Below, in pieces: positions 37,098 through 46,418 of a DNA stretch of 64,000 nucleotides. The notes under the pieces were generated by a model. The model was not told where the DNA came from. It saw only the letters and a list, made by a program, of their open reading frames with translations, and made no database searches. Position 1 is the first letter of the stretch; every line of letters begins with the position of its first letter. Source of the DNA: Patescibacteria group bacterium (GTDB lineage: Bacteria > Patescibacteriota > Dojkabacteria > GCA-002793355); NCBI GenBank assembly GCA_016860985.1, contig BOKM01000001.1, forward strand, positions 463,462-527,461, in the 5' to 3' direction. The position numbers were made by a program, and so were the translations under genes.

Positions 37098-38060
37098 ATG
37101 TTAACAGTTGGTAACCTCCTCAAAAAAGCTAGAGAGCACTCAGGCAAGCACATTGAAGAGATTGCACAGATTATAAAAATCAAACCCGAGTATCTTAATA
37201 AGATTGAACAGAACGACTTTTCTTCGTTTAACTCGTCAACTTTTGTAAAAGGTTTCATCAGAAGTTACGCCGCCTTTCTTGGACTTGATGCAGAGAATAT
37301 CGTGGCACTGTTTCGCAGGCAAATTGGGGAAGAAGATGTTCCTTTAAAAGCAAAAAAAACGCTAATAAAGCAGCAAAGCATCGTTATTTCTCCGACTTCA
37401 ATTATGTCGGTTGCAATTATTTTATTCTTTGTTGCAGTATTTGGATTTTTAATCAGTCAATTCTATCGATTACAACAGCCACCAGTATTAAAAATAGTAC
37501 AGCCAAGCACAGAGATCACAACATCTGACTCACCAAACTTTGAAATTAAAGGTCTCACAGAAGAAAACACTATAGTTACGGTAAATGAAACGCAACTACA
37601 ACTTCGCGAAGATAATACTTTTTCACTCGCCGTAGAATTAAAAGAAGGTGACAATACGTTTACATTCAATGCGTGGAAGAAAAATATTGAAGGCAAGCAT
37701 GCGACGCAAATTGTTACCATTCTCTATAATCCAAGGGGTAATTCATCCCCATCAGTTACACCAACTGAAGGAGCATCGACAAGTAATAACAATGGACAGG
37801 ACCTTCAAGTAGAGTTTACGCTTAGTGACCAAGCTTGGATTCAAATCGTAAGCGACGATACACAAAAGGCTGTTGGCGTAAAAAACAAAGGATATGTTCT
37901 GAACTTTACCGCAAAAAAGATGATTGAAATAACGACAGGAAAGCCAGCAGTATCTGCAATCAAACTAAACGGAAAACCAACCTCCTGGAGACTAAAGAAT
38001 GGCGTTGGCTCGCTTGTTTGCGCGTACAGTACAGAAATCAACGACTGGAAGTGTAATTAA
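37098..38060 (+). CDS. rodZ: RodZ-like cytoskeleton protein (HTH_XRE + TM + DUF4115)
   Basis: N-terminal HTH 'LGNLLKKAREHSGKHIEEIAQIIKIKPEYLNKIEQNDF', a single TM helix and a C-terminal DUF4115-like beta domain (QAWIQIVSDD...SAIKLNGKP). Confidence 0.7.
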   Translation: MLTVGNLLKKAREHSGKHIEEIAQIIKIKPEYLNKIEQNDFSSFNSSTFVKGFIRSYAAFLGLDAENIVALFRRQIGEEDVPLKAKKTLIKQQSIVISPTSIMSVAIILFFVAVFGFLISQFYRLQQPPVLKIVQPSTEITTSDSPNFEIKGLTEENTIVTVNETQLQLREDNTFSLAVELKEGDNTFTFNAWKKNIEGKHATQIVTILYNPRGNSSPSVTPTEGASTSNNNGQDLQVEFTLSDQAWIQIVSDDTQKAVGVKNKGYVLNFTAKKMIEITTGKPAVSAIKLNGKPTSWRLKNGVGSLVCAYSTEINDWKCN

Positions 38061-38066
38061 CCAACG

Positions 38067-39866
38067 CTATACTGCAAAGTTTCCAACTTCTGCCTCTGTT
38101 ACTTCTGCAAGATCTTCTCCTTTCATGGTAATTGAACATGTCTGCATACCTGCGTTAAACGACACCTGTTCGAGTTGCGCAATAGCGCTATCCATGTACA
38201 CTTTCATGCCCAAAAGATTGCCAAAAGGAGGGACTCCCCCAACTTTAATACCATAGGTCGCGAGAATGTTCTCTGGCTTCTCAAACTCTGCTTTTTCTCC
38301 AATGGCGGCAGTTACTGCTTCAAAGGATATTTTTTTATCGCCTGGAATAACTACCATAACCGGAGTATTGGTCTTTTTTCCAGAAAGAATAAGCGCCTTT
38401 GCTCCATTAGAGAGAGATGTTCCTCGAAGCGCTGCGGCCTCTTCACTTGTTCGCACAGCTTCGTGTTCAGAAAATTCGTATGCAACTGCACGGCTATCAA
38501 GTATTTTTTTAATTTTTGCCACAACTTCCTTATCAGAACCAAGCTTTTCCTTGATTCTATTTGCACCTGCGATTCTCTTGAGATCAGAAGGGAATAAGGT
38601 TGCCTCTCGGATATTTTGCAAGTTGAACAACTTCATGGTTAATCGCTCAAGTCCAAAAGAAAATCCTGCCTCTGAAGGCATTCCGTATTTAAAGGCTTGG
38701 AAATAGTGCTCGTAATACGCTTCAGACAAGCCTTGCTCTTTAAATCTTTCGAAAAGCTTTTCGTATTCGTGGATACGATGGGTACCTGAAAGCATTTCAA
38801 GACCTCTAAACTCAAGGTCAAAGCTAAGAGATTCCGAAGCTTCTTCTGGGTTATCCCATGTATAAAAGTTTTTGTTGCTTTTAAAGTTTACAACCCACAG
38901 AAAATCTGAACCTTTTTCCTCTAATGCCCACTTGCTAATCTCACGCTCGTCTTCCGGATCGAGGTCTAACTCCTCTCGTTCTGCTGACTTTCCGATTCTT
39001 CTTTCTATAATCTCCAAAGCTTCTCGAACTTTTATTTTCGGAAATCGACCATTTGGTAATTTGGGAAGCTCAACCCCATACAAGGCGAACACATCTTTTG
39101 AGGTCTCCACTACACCATCAACAATATGTCGAATAACATTTTCAGCAATCTGCATGGCCTCGTCGTAATTATCAATAAAGCCCATCTCCGCATCCATTTG
39201 CGTGAGTTCCATTATGTGGCGGGTAGTATTATGCTTCTCTGCTCGAAAAACGGGACCGACACAGAAAGCGCGTTCAAAGGCTGTAACCATAATTTGCTTA
39301 TAAACCTGTGGCGACTGCGCCAAATATGCTTTTCCTTCAAAGTAGTTCACTTCAAAAACACTTGCACCACTTTCAGACGGAGCACTCATAATTACCGGTG
39401 ACTTAAATTCGGTAAAACCTTGAGAGCGTAGAGATTCCGCAAACTTTTGTAAAATAACCGCTTGTACTTTAAAAATTGCTTGTTTTTTAAGATTTCTTAG
39501 CACCAAAGGTCTGTAATCCAACTCTGTGTCGATATTGACATCAATTGATTTTTTGTTGTACGAAACCGGTGGAACTTCCTTAATTGGGACCTTTATTTCG
39601 ACCGTAGGGTTAACTACTTCAACACCAATATCTGTTGAGTCAGTTTTTTTTACCGTTCCCACAACACGAACAACACTTCCGGGTTGCAACGACGCTAATT
39701 CTTTTAACGTATCTTTATTATCAACAACTACCTGAACTAAGCCACCTCGATCACGAACAATCAAGAAACCGAGTTTGCCTAACTCACGAAAGTTATGAAG
39801 CCACCCATCAAGGCGTACTTCTTTGCTCTCATATCCAGAGAGCTCTGTTGAAATAATACGTTCCAT
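38067..39866 (-). CDS. aspS: aspartyl-tRNA synthetase (archaeal type) fused to a C-terminal YbaK/ProX-type aminoacyl-tRNA deacylase domain
   Basis: Residues ~1-440 form a class II AspRS: N-terminal OB fold, 'AQSPQVYKQIMV' (QSPQ), motif 2 'GPVFRAEKHNTTRH' and motif 3 'GFSFGLERLTMKL'. Residues ~450-599 are collinear with E. coli YbaK: 'AYEFSEHE' (cf. IHTYEHD), 'GIKVGGVPPFG' (cf. GYLVGGISPLG) and 'VSFNAGMQTCSITMKGEDLAEV' (cf. [22 protein letters not shown]). A TATAAT lies 5 nt upstream of the ATG. Confidence 0.85.
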   Translation of the reverse strand: MERIISTELSGYESKEVRLDGWLHNFRELGKLGFLIVRDRGGLVQVVVDNKDTLKELASLQPGSVVRVVGTVKKTDSTDIGVEVVNPTVEIKVPIKEVPPVSYNKKSIDVNIDTELDYRPLVLRNLKKQAIFKVQAVILQKFAESLRSQGFTEFKSPVIMSAPSESGASVFEVNYFEGKAYLAQSPQVYKQIMVTAFERAFCVGPVFRAEKHNTTRHIMELTQMDAEMGFIDNYDEAMQIAENVIRHIVDGVVETSKDVFALYGVELPKLPNGRFPKIKVREALEIIERRIGKSAEREELDLDPEDEREISKWALEEKGSDFLWVVNFKSNKNFYTWDNPEEASESLSFDLEFRGLEMLSGTHRIHEYEKLFERFKEQGLSEAYYEHYFQAFKYGMPSEAGFSFGLERLTMKLFNLQNIREATLFPSDLKRIAGANRIKEKLGSDKEVVAKIKKILDSRAVAYEFSEHEAVRTSEEAAALRGTSLSNGAKALILSGKKTNTPVMVVIPGDKKISFEAVTAAIGEKAEFEKPENILATYGIKVGGVPPFGNLLGMKVYMDSAIAQLEQVSFNAGMQTCSITMKGEDLAEVTEAEVGNFAV

Positions 39867-40024
39867 GGGGAATTATAACGCAACACAATCGAGAATGAAA
39901 TAAACGTTGACCTGCCCACTGCCGCACGAAGTCGTATAATACGAGTATGGTTTATCATTCAGCAACAAAAGAGAATTGCGAACTCGTACTCCCTCCCTTA
40001 TCACTTAACTAAAAACCTTTTCAG

Positions 40025-40765
40025 TTGAATCAGCCAAAATTCGGTGCAAAATATAGTATGGAGACAATTAAACTACACTATTTTCAAAAAGAGTTATTAA
40101 AGAAACTCACACTTTCTGCCAAAGGACTTCGGTTCAACGAACTACTGATCGAAGGACTGGAAAGTGAGCACATGAATTACCATCTACAAAAACTTATTGA
40201 GTTCGAGCTGGTACAGAAACAAGAGCAATACTATCAACTAACAGATGAAGGAAAAGACTACTCGAATCAGCTTGATGACAATGTCGACGTTGTCGAAAAA
40301 CAGCCAAAGACATCGGTTCTGCTGGTAGTTGTTCGATACAACAAAGAAAAGAAAGAGGAAGAATACCTTGTGAATAAACGACTACGCCAACCATATTACG
40401 GAAAGGTAGGATTACTCACAGGGAAAGTCCGTTTCGGTGAATCTTTGGAACAAGCAGTCAAGAGAGAACTCTACGAAGAATCAGGGCTTTCTGCCGGGTT
40501 AGTAAAACTACTCAGCATTTATCACAAAATACGAACAAAAGGTGTGGAAACCGTTCAAGATGTAATCTTTTACAGGCATTTAGTCACAGAAATTTCTGGA
40601 GACCTCATCACTAAAACTGCGTTTCAAGAAAATTTTTGGGCAACTGCAAAAGAGCTGCAACAAAGAGACGATCGATACGATACCTTTCAGTTGAAATCAA
40701 CCGAGGCATACTTACAAGATATGCTCACGTACACAGAGGACATAGGAGTTGCAAAAGATTTTTAA
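40025..40765 (+). CDS. Nudix hydrolase with an N-terminal winged-helix domain
   Basis: Nudix box 'GKVRFGESLEQAVKRELYEESGL'. The N-terminal ~90 aa are predicted wHTH (LLKKLTLSAKGLRFNELL). Confidence 0.7.
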   Translation: MNQPKFGAKYSMETIKLHYFQKELLKKLTLSAKGLRFNELLIEGLESEHMNYHLQKLIEFELVQKQEQYYQLTDEGKDYSNQLDDNVDVVEKQPKTSVLLVVVRYNKEKKEEEYLVNKRLRQPYYGKVGLLTGKVRFGESLEQAVKRELYEESGLSAGLVKLLSIYHKIRTKGVETVQDVIFYRHLVTEISGDLITKTAFQENFWATAKELQQRDDRYDTFQLKSTEAYLQDMLTYTEDIGVAKDF

Positions 40766-41541
40766 ATAGCTAGATCAACAAGCAATGCTTTGTGGTCACT
40801 AATTGGAACTTTGAACATTCGCTTCCGTACGATTTTCATTCCTTCTGGGATAAGTATATGATCAAGTTGCTGGTGAAATGGGTAATTGGTCGTTTTAAGG
40901 TGTGCAAAGGGATTTTGTAGGTGATAGTCTTTCACGATTTTGTTTACTTCTTTTCGCTCATCATAAAAGTAATCACCCAATGTGTAACCACATGCCCATC
41001 CGGCAATTATTTTAAACATCATGTCGCTTACAATGTTGAAATCACCACAAAAGATAGTCCTTCCGTCGGCAAAGCGCTGAAGCATCTTAGTTAACTGACT
41101 TATTCTAACTCGTGGACCGCAGGCAGTAGAAAGATGTAGGTTAACTACTCTGTATTTCTCGCCATTTCGACGAAATGTGGTCACAAGGCCCTCGTGCCGC
41201 TCGCGTAATTTTGCAACTTTTTGATAGATAAATGCCCACGGCACAGCTATAGGTGAATCATAGTATCGTGCCTTCTCAACAGAGATAATACTCTGAGCAC
41301 TTCTCACGCCGGTTGTGACAAAACCCGTTTGCCCTCCGATATGTTGATAGTCAGCAACTTGTCCAGTCTTGTATCCAAGCTTGGTAAGATGATCAATTCT
41401 TGACTGCAAAACCTCTTGCAGACAGACAATATCGGGCAATCTTCGGTGAGTCATACGTAAGGCAAGCTTCCCAAACGGATTTTTTCTTCCGACATTCAGA
41501 CTTACAATTCGTAACGGTTTTTGTTCCATAGCAATAGACAC
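40762..41541 (-). CDS. endonuclease/exonuclease/phosphatase (EEP) family nuclease, ExoIII/AP-endonuclease-like
   Basis: 'LRIVSLNV...PDIVCLQEV' N-terminal EEP motif and the C-terminal 'SDHKALLVDL' (cf. ExoIII SDHAPV). Confidence 0.6.
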   Translation of the reverse strand: MSIAMEQKPLRIVSLNVGRKNPFGKLALRMTHRRLPDIVCLQEVLQSRIDHLTKLGYKTGQVADYQHIGGQTGFVTTGVRSAQSIISVEKARYYDSPIAVPWAFIYQKVAKLRERHEGLVTTFRRNGEKYRVVNLHLSTACGPRVRISQLTKMLQRFADGRTIFCGDFNIVSDMMFKIIAGWACGYTLGDYFYDERKEVNKIVKDYHLQNPFAHLKTTNYPFHQQLDHILIPEGMKIVRKRMFKVPISDHKALLVDLAI

Positions 41542-41546
41542 CGATT

Positions 41547-42359
41547 TTACCGTGGCTGAAAGAGATTTTCCAGCTTGTTAACAAAAGACGCAGCGTTTTT
41601 TGCAGAAAAACCAAAGCGCAGCCAGATACCTATTGAAAATACGAATACCGCAAAAAGGAACTCAACCCTGCCGTACGTCCAAAGAAGAGAGATAAAGGCA
41701 AGGAACAAAAAAAAGTTCCCAAAAACGCTTAAGCCCCTAGATGAGTAATTGCCAATCAAAAAAGTACGCTTCCTCCCTCCTTGTAGTTTTCCCAACTGTT
41801 TTTCTGCATGTAAAAAGCATGCAACAAAATACATCAGCGACAAAAAAGGAAGATAAGGGAGAAGTGTTGTAATTGCAACCCCACACAAAGAAAGTGCGGT
41901 AAGGTACTTAATAGGATGAGTGAAAGAAATAAACAGCAACTCAAGATACGGAACACCTTTCATTGCCCAAGAGTAAAATATATTAATTCCAAGAAGGAGC
42001 AGCATGTATCCAAGCATTTGCAAGGAAAACCACCCAACATACCCTAATGTAACCGCAATTAATACAACTGCTGCAAACGTTGCTGTTTTTCGGTTTAATC
42101 TATTAGAAGCAATCAATCTAGACTTGTTATGGTAATCTCTTCGATCTCCTTTGTAATCGGCTATGTCATTCAGCAAATACACTGCCCCATAAAAAAGTAG
42201 ATAGGCGAAAACTGCAACCGTATGCTTCCAATCAAATTGTGAATGACTCCAAAACAGGGCGAGTCCAATAAAAAAACTGGGATGAGAAGTAAATATTCGT
42301 TCTGGCTTTAAGGCAGGAAGTAACAAACCTACTTGCGTCATATTCGAACGATAACACAA
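41547..42359 (-). CDS. UbiA-family prenyltransferase
   Basis: First Asp-rich motif 'YLLNDIADYKGDRRD' and a polytopic membrane topology. Confidence 0.65.
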   Translation of the reverse strand: MCYRSNMTQVGLLLPALKPERIFTSHPSFFIGLALFWSHSQFDWKHTVAVFAYLLFYGAVYLLNDIADYKGDRRDYHNKSRLIASNRLNRKTATFAAVVLIAVTLGYVGWFSLQMLGYMLLLLGINIFYSWAMKGVPYLELLFISFTHPIKYLTALSLCGVAITTLLPYLPFLSLMYFVACFLHAEKQLGKLQGGRKRTFLIGNYSSRGLSVFGNFFLFLAFISLLWTYGRVEFLFAVFVFSIGIWLRFGFSAKNAASFVNKLENLFQPR

Positions 42360-42377
42360 CCGCTATAATACGTACAT

Positions 42378-43025
42378 ATGCAAAAGGTTACCATCTACGA
42401 GCTCTACGATATTCTGGAACGCGCGACCAAAGGGTTTCCAGAACCACTTGCCGAACACGTATTTCATTGGACAAAATCACCCTTTTTCACCCTTGTATCC
42501 ACAGTACTTTCAGCTCGAACAAAAGATAGCCTTACAATTACAAAACTCCCCGATTTATGGAGCACTGCGAAAACTCCGCTCGAGTTTTCGCAGCTCACCA
42601 CAGAACGACTCGAGCCAATGCTCCGCCCCATCGGTTTTTACAAAACGAAGGCACATCATTTAATCGACCTCGGAGCGATTGTTCACCAGCAATACAACGA
42701 TGTCGTCCCTTCTAATATGGAAGATTTACTTAAACTTCCAGGAGTTGGAAGAAAAACGGCGAATTTGCAGCTTTCTGTTGTTAATAATATTCCTGCAATT
42801 TGTGTTGATACTCATGTTCACCGCATCATGAATCACATTGGGTACGTTAAAACCAATACTCCTGAACAAACGGAATTTGCGCTACGAAAAAAACTTCCTA
42901 TGGATTTATGGAACAAAACTAACTACCTTCTTGTACTCACTGGGCAAAATCTAGCAAATCACATTCAGATTAAAGATCCCAACAACATACTAAACACCTA
43001 CGAGCTTATCGAGCGAGTCCGCTAA
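42378..43025 (+). CDS. nth: endonuclease III-like HhH-GPD DNA glycosylase lacking the [4Fe-4S] Cys cluster
   Basis: HhH-GPD 'LLKLPGVGRKTANLQLSVV' plus 'VDTHVHRIMNHIG' (catalytic Lys/Asp region). No C-x6-C-x2-C-x5-C tail. Confidence 0.75.
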   Translation: MQKVTIYELYDILERATKGFPEPLAEHVFHWTKSPFFTLVSTVLSARTKDSLTITKLPDLWSTAKTPLEFSQLTTERLEPMLRPIGFYKTKAHHLIDLGAIVHQQYNDVVPSNMEDLLKLPGVGRKTANLQLSVVNNIPAICVDTHVHRIMNHIGYVKTNTPEQTEFALRKKLPMDLWNKTNYLLVLTGQNLANHIQIKDPNNILNTYELIERVR

Positions 43026-43938
43026 AAAGCGCGACTCCTGCCACCAACAACGATAACAAGAGCAAGAGAAAGAGCACAAGACCTAGCCGGTGATGCAAAA
43101 AGAAAGCAAACCCATCTTCGGCAATATCCTTTCTGTTTTCTGCAAAGCACATATATTCATGCACTACTAACAAAACGAGAAAGTACAGGACATCCGTATA
43201 GACCAAAGGCAACGCGACCACCGACATTGCAAGAAAATAAAATATTACGGATACCATCATAAAAAAAGTCATGAGAAATTTCAGTGCACGAGGTGAGTAT
43301 TTCTTAATTACAGGTCGAGCCGCAACATTATTAACCGCGACTTCGGCAAGTCGTTGAACGGTAAGTATAAAAAGGAATAGTGCCATAACCGCACCAACCA
43401 AAAACCAATTCACTGCGACTCCAAGAAGAAAAAAACCGGAAGCGGCACGAATCCCCGCAAATAATGCGACAAAAACAATATCAACATACGGAATATGCTT
43501 TATGTAGTAGGTGTAAAGCAAGTTTAACAACACATACCCAAACAAAAGAGCCGTAAATTGGACATTTGCAAGTAACCCCACTAAAACAAGAACCAAACCT
43601 GAAAGTAGTACCATAAGGCTCGCGACCTCAAAAGGAGTAAGTACACCAGAAGCGAGTGGTCGCAACTTTTTTACAGGGTGTTGTCTATCGCGTTCTATAT
43701 CGCCAAGGTCGTTAATGATGTAAACTATACTACTCGACAATGCAAACGCGATTGCTCCTGCAAGAACTAAACTAAAAGAACCTACCGATTGATGTTGCAG
43801 AAAAAGGAGAACAGAAAAGACAAGAAGGGCCTTATACCACTGATGCCAGCGAAGTTGCCTAAGAATATCGTACGTTTTTACGAAAAGTTGCATTTTATTG
43901 ATATAAAATATACTACTCTCGTTTTCACGACAGTACAA
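43006..43938 (-). CDS. UbiA-family prenyltransferase (second paralogue)
   Basis: 'YIINDLGDIERDRQHPVKKLRPLASG' is the canonical NDxxDxxxD...RP(L)xSG motif. Its 3' end overlaps the nth-like gene (convergent). Its 5' end overlaps the PAP2 gene (divergent). Confidence 0.7.
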   Translation of the reverse strand: MYCRENESSIFYINKMQLFVKTYDILRQLRWHQWYKALLVFSVLLFLQHQSVGSFSLVLAGAIAFALSSSIVYIINDLGDIERDRQHPVKKLRPLASGVLTPFEVASLMVLLSGLVLVLVGLLANVQFTALLFGYVLLNLLYTYYIKHIPYVDIVFVALFAGIRAASGFFLLGVAVNWFLVGAVMALFLFILTVQRLAEVAVNNVAARPVIKKYSPRALKFLMTFFMMVSVIFYFLAMSVVALPLVYTDVLYFLVLLVVHEYMCFAENRKDIAEDGFAFFLHHRLGLVLFLLLLLSLLVAGVALFSGLAR

Positions 43939-44385
43939 AAGTATACCTTTCTTCGCATAGCGAGTAAAGTTATTGCCGAAATCTCCAATGGGCCAGCACT
44001 TCCCTTGTTTTTAATTCTCTATTGGTTATACGGTAATCCATCTGCATTTACGTTCTCTGCGTACATAATTTTTTGGGTTCTATACCACGAATTCGGAGTA
44101 AAAGAGCTCTTTCAGCGAAGTCGCCCAGATACAGCCGGGCAGCAAAAAGGGTTTTCCTTTCCCTCTTCCCACTCTTTCGCCTCTGGATTAATACTCACCA
44201 GTTGTATCTTCTTTTCACTTCCCTACGAACCAATAATAATGGCTTTTGCGGTACTCAACGCGATTAATCGACCTGCGATTGGCGTACATTATATCGCTGA
44301 TGTAGTTGCAGGCCTCTCACTTGGGGTAATCGCGGGCTTAGGCTGGCCGTTTATCCTAGAAATTGCAAGGGTAGCTCTACCGTAA
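43843..44385 (+). CDS. PAP2-family (type 2 phosphatidic acid / polyprenyl-pyrophosphate) phosphatase
   Basis: PAP2 tripartite motif 'QRSRPD' ... 'PSSHS' ... 'NRPAIGVHYIADV'. Start uncertain (track ORF from 43789; I chose the internal Met). Confidence 0.65.
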   Translation: MPAKLPKNIVRFYEKLHFIDIKYTTLVFTTVQKYTFLRIASKVIAEISNGPALPLFLILYWLYGNPSAFTFSAYIIFWVLYHEFGVKELFQRSRPDTAGQQKGFSFPSSHSFASGLILTSCIFFSLPYEPIIMAFAVLNAINRPAIGVHYIADVVAGLSLGVIAGLGWPFILEIARVALP

Positions 44386-45856
44386 TTACCTGTTTTCCAG
44401 ACTCCACTACGACTTCGTCTGCTTTGTAAGCCATAGACATCCCGACTGGATCAAAGAAAGGCATAAAAAGAACAACCGTATCCTTTGCAGATGATTCTGC
44501 GAATTTCTCAATTGTGGAAGCCAGACGTCGAGGGTCTTTCGGTTTAGCAAATAACACCCCAAAGGTTATGTCACCGCGCTCAAACACAATATCGACCTTA
44601 TGACCTGAATAATTCTGCCAATAGGTAATTTGGGGCACGTGTGCCAAAAGACTAAAGCCAGAGAGCATCGTACTTAACAGCCATGTTCCAACAATTCTTG
44701 AATAGGTATCTGGCCTGAGCATCTCTTGCATCGACGTCACATACGATAAATTGTTCAGAATTCCGGAATCAAGATAGTACATCACCACACTTTTAGTTGC
44801 ATCTTCATCCCCCCCACTTGTTAAGGGATATACCTTTTTGATCAAATAAGTGTTTTCGAGCAAATCGAGATATTTGTACAAACTTGGACGAGAAATACCA
44901 ACATCCTTGCTCACTTGATTGATATTAAGCGTAGAACCGTTTTGCTGCGCAAAAGACTGCAAACTGAGCCCAAACAATTCCAAATCAAGGTTACGGGCTA
45001 ACGTCCCAATTTCTTTTTCCATATACACGTCAATATAGTTTTTGATCATTCGAACACGTTCCTCAATAGTACTCGTAATTACGCGCGGAAGCCCACCATA
45101 AAAAAGCGTTTCGACCACACTGGCAGTTGCTTCTCTCACTATTGGTGCCAATTGTCGGTGATATTCAGGAAATTTTTGTTCGAAGTATTGCTTTATTTCA
45201 GAAAAGATTTCTTCTTTTGACTTACTCGCCGAGAGTTGCGAGAGTATTGAATCCGCAGAAGAATCAGCTGCTTCCCCACCTGAAATCGAGTCAACTTTCT
45301 GTATAAGGTCAAGAAAGAAGTGTTGCCGAACGCCTGTTTTTGCCTGCAACAACTCGCTATACACAAAGGGATAAACGTTAATATACTCCACTCTACCGGC
45401 AAGAGTTTCACTTGCAACAGAGGTAATTGATATTGCAGAAGACCCAGAGAGTACAAATTTTACATGCTCACTATTTGCATCAAAAATCTGCTTAATCCAG
45501 TCAAAAAGGGAAGGCATTTTTTGCACTTCATCTATAAAAATGAAAACTCGTTGCTCTGTCTTTTCGAGCGTTTCTCCCAACGATAATTCGATATCTTTTT
45601 GAATAAAGCGAATATCTTTTTTTAGTGCGCTTCGTAGCTGCAAATCATCCAAAATATAGGTAAAAACATTTCTGGCAAGAACAATTCCACCGGCCTCTTT
45701 GTTTTTCTCCTGCTCTTGAAGCTCAACTTTTGCCTGTGCTTGTTGCATTAAAGTCGTCTTTCCCACCTGTCGTGGACCAATTACCATTGTTATCAAGCCT
45801 GAAGAAATTGACTTTTCTAACCGTTCTTCTACAAATCGTGTGATATAACCTTTCAT
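44351..45856 (-). CDS. AAA+ ATPase of the AAA_14/DUF4143 family
   Basis: Walker A 'MVIGPRQVGKTTLM', Walker B 'VFIFIDEVQK' and a C-terminal DUF4143-like domain. Start set at the internal Met (MKGYITRF). Confidence 0.7.
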   Translation of the reverse strand: MKGYITRFVEERLEKSISSGLITMVIGPRQVGKTTLMQQAQAKVELQEQEKNKEAGGIVLARNVFTYILDDLQLRSALKKDIRFIQKDIELSLGETLEKTEQRVFIFIDEVQKMPSLFDWIKQIFDANSEHVKFVLSGSSAISITSVASETLAGRVEYINVYPFVYSELLQAKTGVRQHFFLDLIQKVDSISGGEAADSSADSILSQLSASKSKEEIFSEIKQYFEQKFPEYHRQLAPIVREATASVVETLFYGGLPRVITSTIEERVRMIKNYIDVYMEKEIGTLARNLDLELFGLSLQSFAQQNGSTLNINQVSKDVGISRPSLYKYLDLLENTYLIKKVYPLTSGGDEDATKSVVMYYLDSGILNNLSYVTSMQEMLRPDTYSRIVGTWLLSTMLSGFSLLAHVPQITYWQNYSGHKVDIVFERGDITFGVLFAKPKDPRRLASTIEKFAESSAKDTVVLFMPFFDPVGMSMAYKADEVVVESGKQVITVELPLQFLG

Positions 45857-45899
45857 ACAAAGAATGTAACAGGTGTTTACAAATTTAGCAAGAACTTTG

Positions 45900-46382
45900 C
45901 TAGTAACCAGTACAAGGAATCTGAACACTCCGGCTTACGGTTCCACCTGCAGCAACCGCGCTACTTGCCCCAATACCCTTAGAATTTCCAACTTTTTTAC
46001 CATATGCATCGTAGGCTGTTACGGTTTGAATTGCCATTGCTCGCCCTTTGTACGTTGTTTTTAACTGGTGAGTAAAGCTACTCGGAACGGCAGTCTTTTT
46101 GAATGAGGTTGTGGAGGAACCCCATTGAACGGATGTACTATCGGCATTAACCCATTTTGAATACACGGTGTAGGAAGCTATTTTCGAATTGCATCCAGTT
46201 TTGTTCAGGGTAGGTTTAACTTGCACATTATAGTAATACGTTGTTGCAGCCTCTGGTTCTACCTCAAATAAAGGATTTTGCACCACATACACTAGTCCAA
46301 ACATAGCGACAACCGACACAAATACGCCAAGAAACAACTTCAAGCTATTTTTCTTTGTAAAAGTGAATGTTTTTGCTTTCAT
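45900..46382 (-). CDS. secreted/anchored hypothetical protein
   Basis: N-terminal TM/signal (LKLFLGVFVSVVAMFGLVYV) followed by a beta-rich ~120-aa domain. Confidence 0.4.
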   Translation of the reverse strand: MKAKTFTFTKKNSLKLFLGVFVSVVAMFGLVYVVQNPLFEVEPEAATTYYYNVQVKPTLNKTGCNSKIASYTVYSKWVNADSTSVQWGSSTTSFKKTAVPSSFTHQLKTTYKGRAMAIQTVTAYDAYGKKVGNSKGIGASSAVAAGGTVSRSVQIPCTGY

Positions 46383-46418
46383 ATATCATTATACACTTCT
46401 CTTTTAATCTCCCGTTTT

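Noticed and set aside
39900-39941. TTGACC ... TATAAT as a sigma70 promoter for the wHTH-Nudix gene
   Set aside because: The spacer between the hexamers is ~22 nt, too long for a canonical promoter. The TATAAT alone may act as an extended/-10-only promoter, so it is not listed as a feature.
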